Shown one piece after another: positions 9,438-17,587 of a stretch of 64,000 nucleotides of DNA. This DNA comes from a virus. Its lineage: Duplodnaviria > Heunggongvirae > Uroviricota > Caudoviricetes. A program made the position numbers and the translations under genes. The stretch lies in IMG/VR virus record IMGVR_UViG_3300032280_000361; one strand, given 5' to 3'. The notes beneath the pieces are model-generated. The model made no database searches and was not told where the DNA came from. It saw only the letters and a program-made list of their open reading frames with translations. Each line of letters begins with the position of its first letter. Within the stretch, counting starts at the first letter, position 1.

Positions 9438-9469
9438 TAAAGATAATAAGAAAATTTTACATTTCCAAA
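9438..9469 (-). promoter_or_regulatory. Bacteroidota-type promoter (variant -7 box)
   Basis: TTTG-N20-TATCTTTA upstream of the DUF1599 gene. Confidence 0.65.
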
Positions 9470-12400
9470 TTATTTTTTACATTTTACTATCCAAGTTGAA
9501 TAAGATACATTTATACCCGCTTTTCTCTTTCCGCTCGCATCACCTTTAATTTTGAGTTCTCCCGGATTTGGATTGAATTTAACACAGCACTTTTCATTTA
9601 TACCATCCAAAACTTCCATTGAAATTCTAGTTCGTGCACCGGTACCACTTTCTACAAATCTAACATTACCAAAGTTATTTGATTTAACGTCTTCATTGAA
9701 CATCATCTCAAATAACATCCCAGTCTTATTATATAATTTTAATCCTCTATCAAATTCAGCATCCATTTCCTCTTCCCCTAAACTATTTTGATATGATTTT
9801 TTAGCCTGCTGGTAAGCGGACGGTTTACCACCAATACCATTAATTGCTTTATTTTCTACATCAGAAACCATTCTTTCCGCTTGTTCAGCAGTTTTACCCT
9901 GTCCAATTAAAATTTCTATCATATGGGCTCTCTGTACTTTATAACCTTCTTCCGCTTTATCAATTGCTTCTTTTGAAGGTGGATAATCTCCATAAATAGC
10001 ATGATAGCTATCCATCATTGAATCTAATACTTCTTTTGTTTTTTCATTATTAAATGTACTTCCATCAGTTTTTGAAGGGCCGGCACTTGCACCACCCTTA
10101 CCCAATTTAATGCTTTCAGCATCACTATCAATAAATGAAATACTATTTGCAGAGTATTCATTTGCATAAAATTCCGCTAATTCTTCTGGAGTTGCGTTTT
10201 CCGGTGGGGTTTTTTGTTGATTAAATGAAACTATATCAACAGTTGGGAAGTTTGATGATGAAGGTAAAAATGCCTGATTTCCTTTTCCGATTTCATTCAT
10301 AAATACTAAAACTTCCGCTATATCAGGACCACCTGATGCTATATCTTTATCTCTTCTTATATTTTGTAATACATTTGTAAGTTTACCTAAATATTCTGCT
10401 GATGCTTTTTCTTTTTCCTCTGCACTCATAGAATCCCAATTCGGATTGTTTATGGGTGCGGATTTTTCTATCTCATCTATACTTTTAAATAAGTCTGCAT
10501 ATTTTTCTAAAATTTCTTCTTCAGATAATCCCGAATATTTTTTTATAGATTTTAATATACTTTTTCTAGTTTTATCTATTGTATTCTTAAGGGTCTTTTT
10601 TCTATTATCATTGGTATCAGTTGGACCATAATCCACCACTTCCATTTCACCATCTTTTGAAAGTTTATCAACCATTGTGTTTCCTCTTTCAATAGCAGCA
10701 ATTACTTTCCTAGCTTCTTCGTTTGCCTCCTCTTCAGAAGAACCTTGTTTAATAAATTGTTCAACTAAATTTGTTTGTTCTACTAAAGTTTTCTTATCCG
10801 GCACTGGTCTTTTAGTATAAGTAACCCCATCTACTGTTACGCTATTTCCATTTTCGGAAACTTCAAATTTTACTTTTCTGCGTTTTTTATTCATCTTATT
10901 TGCAGTCCAATCTTTTTTATTTACATACGCACCAGTTTGGGTTCTAATAGGTAATCCATATTTATTTACCATACTATCATTCCACTCCTCTGTTTTAGTA
11001 TCATAATCCTCAACCTTTTGAGGGTCTATATTCATTTGGATTTTTTCTCTTGAATTAGAATTAAAATCTCCTTCTGTTTTAGCTATATAAAGACCAATAT
11101 CATTTCCTCCTCCAACTCTAACCGCTAACCACTTACTTGCAATTTCTGAATTATTAGGGTCTACATCTTCTCCTTTAAGAATTTTGGCAATAGTATCTTT
11201 TAATATTTCTTTAGTTGAATCATCCGCTTCAGAATTATCGATATGTTTATTAGCCTCTGATATACGCTTTTTTATAACATCATCGCTTATTTTCAAATTA
11301 GTTCTTGCAGTTGCTACATCTACATTAGGAGTACCCTCTTCTTTAGCGTTTTGAACTTCTTTATTTGCTTCAGGTTGGTCTTTAACATCAATAGATTTAA
11401 CCATTACTTCTTTACCTGAGGGAGTTTTCATAGTTAAATTTTCTTCAAATAATAAATGTATAAATTTAATATTTTCTTCTATGAATACTTTATTAACTAC
11501 ACTTTCAGATTTCATATATTGAGCAGTTCCACCTTTTGTATCTGAATAGTATCCTCCGCCTAATGGATATATAACACCACCTTCTTTTTCATTAGGTTCT
11601 TTTGGTTTAGGTAACTCTCCATCTTTAGCATCTGCTTTTTTAGCTGCAATTCCCATATCTTCCGCAAACTTATTCGCCATTGGAATCGCATCTTTAATAT
11701 CCATATCGATTACCGTTGATTTCATTGGTATCGGATTATTAGGATTCTTAGCGTTATGTGCTACAATTGCAGCCCATCTATGATGTCCATCGATTACATA
11801 CCCATCTCTACTCACATATATTGGTGCAGTAATCTTTGGATGATTAGGGTCTTTCTCCAACGCTCCCATCATACCAATTACTTTACCACCAACTAAATCT
11901 TTCTGTGTTGCTTTTAGTTTATCAGCAGGTACTTCTGTTTGTAATACTTTGATGTTCTTCTCTTTCAACATCTCTCTGAATACTGGCTCTGTATCTACTT
12001 CGCCATCTTTATCCGTTTCCATTCCTGCTGCTCTACTACCATCCACTGCCTTTCCTTTGAATTGAGGCATTTCTTCTCTAGGTATTCCTTTATTATCATC
12101 ACAATATAAGTTGGTTCCAGGAATAGTAATATCACATAAGTTGATGTCCGGTGCAGGTTCTCCTTTAGCCTTTGCATCATCTAACATTTTACTAATCTTA
12201 CTTATATCGGTATTGAATTGGTTTAAATCGTTTGGAGAAATTCCATCTAATGCTTTACCATCTTTACTGAATGTTTCTTTATCAGCTTTCGGCATTTCAT
12301 CTGCAATTTTTTCAGGTTCAACTTTCTTAGTTTCAGTTTTTCTATCCGAACCTTTTTGCATCATCTTATCAACTAATTCAACATGACTCTCTCCTGCAAT

Positions 12401-14647
12401 TACAATTGGTATCTTACCTTTCGCTACTAATTCTTTTCTTTTCTCTATAATATTCTCATCTCTCGTATCATTGAACGCAACTTGAATATCATTTATTTTT
12501 GTTTCCTTATCACCATTATCCTCCGGAAATGCTAATCTGAATAATGTACCTCTATCACCACTTCCTTCTGGATTTTCTTCATTAGGTACTTCTCCCGATG
12601 GGTTATCAAAATTTTCTATTGGTGGGAATCCAGCTTCTTTAACCGCATCTTCTAAGAATTTTCTACCTTCATCATCTAAGAAATCTTTTGGTGACATTGT
12701 ATCAGTTCCCTCACCTTGCCCAATCATACTAGCCCAATTACCAGCTTTCACTTGTGAATGATTAAGACCAGTTTTCTCCATTTGTTTTTTATACAACTTA
12801 GATTGGTCATCATGTACATCTAACTCATCACCATCCCATGTATCAATTCCAGCTCCCAATTTCTCAAATCTCGGAGCTGCATAATCCATTTCATCGTTAA
12901 ATTCTAAATCTCCTTCATCATTTGTTGCACCACCCTCTCCTAAGAATACAATATTTTCCCATTCTTCTTGAGGAATAGTTGCTTTTATTTGGTCAATTAT
13001 ATCATCAACCATTTTGGTTTCACCATGAACGGTTCCAAACATCATTCCACCATCTTCAAATTCTATTGTTTGGATTTCTTTACCTGATTTTTTACCTTTA
13101 AATTTCTGTACTTTTGAATCAGTATCTTCATTAGCCGATTCTAATCTAGTAGGTTCTCCAACTGTACCTTTTCCAGAATCTTCTTGTTTATTCTTATCTA
13201 TCGTTTGTTGTGATTTAAATGCTCTGGCTTTAGCTTTATTCTGTGTACTTGCTTTAGGGTCATCTAAAACTAAATCAGGATTATCTTTTGGTAAAGTTTT
13301 TTCAGCTTCCTTTTCTTTGGTATCCAATGCTTTTGTAGCAGTATCAATCATAGATGCAGTATCCGGCTTATCATTATCAGATTCTCCATCAGTTGGTTCT
13401 TCTGAAGGTGTTTGATTGTTTAACTCAGCTTTTTCTTTATCTGTTAAAGGTCTTAAATTACCTTTATCATTTTTAAGCTCAGCTTGTCCTCCATCTTTAC
13501 TAGAATAATATCCACCTCCTAAGTGAAACTTACCCGGAAATTCTTTTGATTCACCCTTACCATCTTCTTCATTTAGTATTCTATTAAACAATTCATTTAA
13601 ATCTATTACTTCCGATTGTGGTTCGTTTGGTTTTTTCTTTTCGTTGTATGAATCAACCATAGACATCATTAATTCATCCGGTATATCCATATTCTCCATA
13701 TTATCAGCCACAGCATCCATAAAATCAGCTAACATTCTTTCATCATCTCCATCTGCTCCCGCAAATAAAGATGCTCTACCAACTCCAACTATAATAGTTT
13801 CGGCTACGGCGTGTGGTATCAATTCCATTGCAACGTGCTTAGCAAAATAAGCAGCTCCATGTGCCAATCCACCTCCCGCTGCAGCAAATAATGCAGTACT
13901 AGCTACCTTAATTCCAACTGATATTAATGCCTTCTTTTGTTCTTTTTCTAATGGTTTTCCACTTACCAAATTCTTAACGGCTGCACCAGCAGCTTTAAAT
14001 GTATGAACCTCATGCTTAAACCCATGAGCAATAGCATTTCTAGCACCTTTTACTTTATCTTTTAACGTATCCGCAAAACTTCTACGAGTTGGTGAACCAG
14101 GTTTATCTTCTCCTTTTTTGAAAAATTCCTTTTCTTTTTCACTCCATTTTTCTACTTTACTTTTCAATACATCCGCAGGTGTTTTAACTACGGGTGCAGT
14201 TTTCATAGGAGCAGGTGCTTCTACGGAAGAATCTTTTGGTTTTTCTACTGAAGGTGTTTCGGGTGAAGGTTGATTTGGTTTAGGAGTGTCGTTAGGCTTT
14301 TCCGCAGTAGGTGGTTTACTACCCTTTGAATCGAACTTAGCTTTTTCTTCAGGAGTTACGGGTCTTAGATTACCCTTATCGTTTTTAAATTCAGCTTCTC
14401 CTCCATCTTTAGAGGAGTAGTATCCTCCACCTAAATGGAATTTGCCTGCAAATAAACCAGATTCTTTTTCATTTTCCGCCTCATTTATAAACATCTCTTC
14501 CAACAACGGTTTAAGATGTCCATAACCCAATTCATCACATATTTCTAATAACGCAAAAACCTGCTCTCTATCCTTCATATTAGGGAATGGATATGTTACA
14601 GATAATTCTAAAAGAAGCTCATCTATGATTTTATTAATATCAGCCAT
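9470..14647 (-). CDS. Giant multidomain (polyvalent-like) protein with ParB/Srx-like domain
   Basis: 1725 aa; IYVSRDGYVIDGHHRWAA ParB motif; three LGGGYYS repeat modules; TraB-like and nuclease-like motifs. Confidence 0.8.
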   Translation of the reverse strand: MADINKIIDELLLELSVTYPFPNMKDREQVFALLEICDELGYGHLKPLLEEMFINEAENEKESGLFAGKFHLGGGYYSSKDGGEAEFKNDKGNLRPVTPEEKAKFDSKGSKPPTAEKPNDTPKPNQPSPETPSVEKPKDSSVEAPAPMKTAPVVKTPADVLKSKVEKWSEKEKEFFKKGEDKPGSPTRRSFADTLKDKVKGARNAIAHGFKHEVHTFKAAGAAVKNLVSGKPLEKEQKKALISVGIKVASTALFAAAGGGLAHGAAYFAKHVAMELIPHAVAETIIVGVGRASLFAGADGDDERMLADFMDAVADNMENMDIPDELMMSMVDSYNEKKKPNEPQSEVIDLNELFNRILNEEDGKGESKEFPGKFHLGGGYYSSKDGGQAELKNDKGNLRPLTDKEKAELNNQTPSEEPTDGESDNDKPDTASMIDTATKALDTKEKEAEKTLPKDNPDLVLDDPKASTQNKAKARAFKSQQTIDKNKQEDSGKGTVGEPTRLESANEDTDSKVQKFKGKKSGKEIQTIEFEDGGMMFGTVHGETKMVDDIIDQIKATIPQEEWENIVFLGEGGATNDEGDLEFNDEMDYAAPRFEKLGAGIDTWDGDELDVHDDQSKLYKKQMEKTGLNHSQVKAGNWASMIGQGEGTDTMSPKDFLDDEGRKFLEDAVKEAGFPPIENFDNPSGEVPNEENPEGSGDRGTLFRLAFPEDNGDKETKINDIQVAFNDTRDENIIEKRKELVAKGKIPIVIAGESHVELVDKMMQKGSDRKTETKKVEPEKIADEMPKADKETFSKDGKALDGISPNDLNQFNTDISKISKMLDDAKAKGEPAPDINLCDITIPGTNLYCDDNKGIPREEMPQFKGKAVDGSRAAGMETDKDGEVDTEPVFREMLKEKNIKVLQTEVPADKLKATQKDLVGGKVIGMMGALEKDPNHPKITAPIYVSRDGYVIDGHHRWAAIVAHNAKNPNNPIPMKSTVIDMDIKDAIPMANKFAEDMGIAAKKADAKDGELPKPKEPNEKEGGVIYPLGGGYYSDTKGGTAQYMKSESVVNKVFIEENIKFIHLLFEENLTMKTPSGKEVMVKSIDVKDQPEANKEVQNAKEEGTPNVDVATARTNLKISDDVIKKRISEANKHIDNSEADDSTKEILKDTIAKILKGEDVDPNNSEIASKWLAVRVGGGNDIGLYIAKTEGDFNSNSREKIQMNIDPQKVEDYDTKTEEWNDSMVNKYGLPIRTQTGAYVNKKDWTANKMNKKRRKVKFEVSENGNSVTVDGVTYTKRPVPDKKTLVEQTNLVEQFIKQGSSEEEANEEARKVIAAIERGNTMVDKLSKDGEMEVVDYGPTDTNDNRKKTLKNTIDKTRKSILKSIKKYSGLSEEEILEKYADLFKSIDEIEKSAPINNPNWDSMSAEEKEKASAEYLGKLTNVLQNIRRDKDIASGGPDIAEVLVFMNEIGKGNQAFLPSSSNFPTVDIVSFNQQKTPPENATPEELAEFYANEYSANSISFIDSDAESIKLGKGGASAGPSKTDGSTFNNEKTKEVLDSMMDSYHAIYGDYPPSKEAIDKAEEGYKVQRAHMIEILIGQGKTAEQAERMVSDVENKAINGIGGKPSAYQQAKKSYQNSLGEEEMDAEFDRGLKLYNKTGMLFEMMFNEDVKSNNFGNVRFVESGTGARTRISMEVLDGINEKCCVKFNPNPGELKIKGDASGKRKAGINVSYSTWIVKCKK

Positions 14648-14651
14648 AAAA

Positions 14652-15047
14652 TTAATTAAATTCTATTTTTTCAAAAATTCTAGTTGGAACTTTTCTAATT
14701 CCTTGTAAACCCGTTAATATAATACAATTTCTAAATTTATCCCAATCTAAAGAGAATGAGGTATCTAATACTCCTCCGTTTTCCTCTTTAATTAATTGAT
14801 TCAATGCATTGATTGTATATAGGGTATTCGATTGTTTCTTTCTATGTACCAATATAGTGTTGGATAACTGCTTATTTGGTCTGAACTCCACATCGATATT
14901 ATATGTAATATATAACTCATCTAAATTCGTCTTATTCTGTAGAATGTAGATGTAGTTATATACTATTTTATAATTTTCTCTAATTTGCTGTAATATATCC
15001 TGCAAAACTTCTTTATCCGTAAAGGTGCATAGTAACTGTGTTTTCAT
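14652..15047 (-). CDS. Conserved hypothetical protein
   Basis: 131 aa, LLCTFT and LVHRKKQSNTLYTINALN; lies between polA and the giant gene. Confidence 0.8.
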   Translation of the reverse strand: MKTQLLCTFTDKEVLQDILQQIRENYKIVYNYIYILQNKTNLDELYITYNIDVEFRPNKQLSNTILVHRKKQSNTLYTINALNQLIKEENGGVLDTSFSLDWDKFRNCIILTGLQGIRKVPTRIFEKIEFN

Positions 15048-15077
15048 CTAACGATTTATTTTATACTTTTTATCCTA

Positions 15078-15086
15078 TATAAGTAT
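15078..15086 (-). promoter_or_regulatory. Variant late motif ATACTTATA
   Basis: One mismatch to ATATTTATA; abuts the polA stop, about 30 nt upstream of 15047. Confidence 0.5.
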
Positions 15087-16324
15087 TAAATATTTCCGTA
15101 ACTATAATTTTTCTCCACCTTTGTAGGAGATATTCTATGTAAAACCTCCTCTATTTTAGATAAAAGTTCAATTTCGTTAGTATCAACATCAAATAAAAAA
15201 GAATCATATGTGTAAAGTACCAATTTTGTCTTAGTATTTTCTAATAGAATATTCAGTTGATGAAGTAGTAAAACGTTTTGTTCAGTCTCTAATGCCTGTA
15301 AATAATAGTTGAATACCTTTTGTGGGTTATGTTTATCTATCTTAGTGAAAGGTATTCGTTTTCCAAATCTAGTCTCAATAAACCCATTAACTATAAATTG
15401 GTTATAAAGTTTGATTATAAAATCATTTGTTTTTTGGAAAAATGGTATCTCTAAATTATGAACATCTATTCCACCATATAATTGTTGGAAAGTAATCTTC
15501 TTACTATTAAGGTAATCCTCTTCTGTTAATTCTTCTTTCCCAAAATATTGTCTCCCTAACCATTCATGTGCAGAACCTTCGGGTATAATCTCTCCTATCA
15601 ATTTTGCAATCAATCGAATATGATATCCATCAAAATCATATTGAACCAACTCTCCATTCTTACTAACGATAAAATCTCTACTACCATCCGATTTCTTAAG
15701 AGCAGAATAATTTACTCCTCCAAATGTATTCGAAGGTCTTCCTGTAGTAGTAAAATTATTGTAAAGAGAATACTCATATCCATATGTGGTAGGAATACCA
15801 TTTGCTTCGATTCTAAGGAACGATGGGATTGTATAATCATTATACCTAGCAAATCCATTTGAATCGATTCTAACGTACTTAGCGTTCTCCACAACGAACT
15901 CCACAACTCCTTTTAGAATAGTTGCAATTGGAATGAATGAAATATCACTTTTATCCCTATATCCATTGGTGAAAGATTGGTATATCATATCATACGCATA
16001 TGATTTAAATTCCATTAAGTGGTATGAAACATCTACACTTTTCCAATTTGTAATTTTGGTTTGGTGTAAGAACCATTTTGTATCAAAGATGTACTTAATC
16101 CTATCACTTCTTTCTAATATGGATAGGCTAACTGGCACACAATCATTGTGGTCTTCCATTATAACCCAACAATGTTCTCCTATAAACACAAAAACACCCA
16201 ACAGCTTATTGGCTATAGGGTGTTGTGTTCTATTTTTGAATAGTGGGAATATAACGGAATCTTTGGATGTATATTCATCCATAAATCGTGTCGCAATATC
16301 TTTATTTTCTACATAGTAAACCAT
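15086..16324 (-). CDS. Divergent, compact family A DNA polymerase
   Basis: TTTGRPS, motif A DFDGYHIRL, motif B KKITFQQLYG, NYYLQA, motif C YTYDS; ATG at 16324 preferred over the track TTG, which lies inside the -7 box. Confidence 0.85.
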   Translation of the reverse strand: MVYYVENKDIATRFMDEYTSKDSVIFPLFKNRTQHPIANKLLGVFVFIGEHCWVIMEDHNDCVPVSLSILERSDRIKYIFDTKWFLHQTKITNWKSVDVSYHLMEFKSYAYDMIYQSFTNGYRDKSDISFIPIATILKGVVEFVVENAKYVRIDSNGFARYNDYTIPSFLRIEANGIPTTYGYEYSLYNNFTTTGRPSNTFGGVNYSALKKSDGSRDFIVSKNGELVQYDFDGYHIRLIAKLIGEIIPEGSAHEWLGRQYFGKEELTEEDYLNSKKITFQQLYGGIDVHNLEIPFFQKTNDFIIKLYNQFIVNGFIETRFGKRIPFTKIDKHNPQKVFNYYLQALETEQNVLLLHQLNILLENTKTKLVLYTYDSFLFDVDTNEIELLSKIEEVLHRISPTKVEKNYSYGNI

Positions 16325-16330
16325 ATAGAA

Positions 16331-16362
16331 CAAATATACGAAAAATTTTTAAGAATTCCAAT
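16331..16362 (-). promoter_or_regulatory. Bacteroidota-type promoter
   Basis: ATTG-N20-TATATTTG, 6 nt before the polA ATG. Confidence 0.7.
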
Positions 16363-17125
16363 ATTTTTTTTGTAAAGGTTGCAATTCAATTGGCTCTCTC
16401 TTCATATGTGAACCCTGATTGAAGTATGCTCCCCTTTTAAGGTATCCTCCTAATAAATTTCTACGGAATCTGTTTGAATCGTTTGCCTCTGAACCATGTA
16501 CACAATGTGAGTGAAGTAGAACTACCTGTCCCTTTTTAAGAACTCCTTCTACTTTACGGAAATCATGTCCTTCTGGCATAATACAAGGTTTACCTCTTTC
16601 GTTTCTCCAAAAGTTAGGATTAGTTTTAGCTCTTTCCTCATCCACTTCGATTGGTAAAGTTGGTAAACGATGTGAACCTTCGTAGTTCCATACTGCTCCA
16701 TTACCCGCATCGTGATTATCTAATGCCAATGCAGTATTGATGATTTCATTGTGTCCGCATCCTGTATAGAACGCATTTTGGTGCATATCTCTACCTAATT
16801 GTCCTGGTGGTTTAAAATACGACCAAGTCTGCATACCAACAATTTCACCTCCCATAAGATATGAACATGCTTCGATAATCTTTGGGTGAACAAATAATCT
16901 CTCTATTTTTTCTGAGATTTTGTGTGGGTATGAAAACGGGTCCCACTCTCCCCACTCTTTACCATCTGGAGTAAGTGTTCCTTTTCTTTCCTGACGAAGT
17001 CTTTCTAACTCATCATTTATTTCATCACACTCTTCTTCGGTAAGTAATTCTAAGGTTGTAAATCCTCTGTATCGCCAATCAAACGTAATTTGTTGGACTT
17101 CTAAATCTGTAAGATGTTTGAACAT
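16349..17125 (-). CDS. PhyH-family Fe(II)/2-oxoglutarate dioxygenase
   Basis: YFKPPG, MHQN, ALALD...NG....GSH, VHGSEANDSNRFRR. Confidence 0.85.
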   Translation of the reverse strand: MFKHLTDLEVQQITFDWRYRGFTTLELLTEEECDEINDELERLRQERKGTLTPDGKEWGEWDPFSYPHKISEKIERLFVHPKIIEACSYLMGGEIVGMQTWSYFKPPGQLGRDMHQNAFYTGCGHNEIINTALALDNHDAGNGAVWNYEGSHRLPTLPIEVDEERAKTNPNFWRNERGKPCIMPEGHDFRKVEGVLKKGQVVLLHSHCVHGSEANDSNRFRRNLLGGYLKRGAYFNQGSHMKREPIELQPLQKKYWNS

Positions 17126-17146
17126 AACTTTGTTGTTTATTATAAC

Positions 17147-17180
17147 TATAAATATACGATGAATTATTTAATTTTCCAAA
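17147..17180 (-). promoter_or_regulatory. Composite host-type promoter and late motif
   Basis: TTTG-N20-TATATTTA overlapping ATATTTATA (17147-17155) upstream of the dioxygenase. Confidence 0.65.
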
Positions 17181-17193
17181 TAAATTTATTATT

Positions 17194-17583
17194 TTAATTA
17201 CCTCTGTAAAATTGTTTTAGATTAACTAAGTATAAATTTATATCCGGTAAAATCTTTATTGCTTCGGTAATAGACCTTCTATTTGAATTAATCACAGATG
17301 GTATCAAAGCTCCCTGAGTTGTGTATTCATCTTCTAAATTACCACTTATTCTCCAATTAATTTTTACTCCTCTGTAAAAATTAGAATTATTAAATTTATA
17401 AAATATCTCTTTATCTACTTCAAAAATAGGAGAACCTGATGTATCCCTCAATTGAACAAAATATCTTGTTATCACACCTTCATTGTAATTATCTTGAGTA
17501 GGTGAAGGAAAAAAAGTTCTAGGTATTTTTGTATTAATAACTACACTTTTTAGATTTTTATATTTTTTTATTAAATCATTCAT
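17194..17583 (-). CDS. Hypothetical baseplate-region protein
   Basis: 129 aa, PTQDNYNEGVITRYFV; coupled to the hub gene. Confidence 0.75.
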   Translation of the reverse strand: MNDLIKKYKNLKSVVINTKIPRTFFPSPTQDNYNEGVITRYFVQLRDTSGSPIFEVDKEIFYKFNNSNFYRGVKINWRISGNLEDEYTTQGALIPSVINSNRRSITEAIKILPDINLYLVNLKQFYRGN

Positions 17584-17587
17584 ATCA

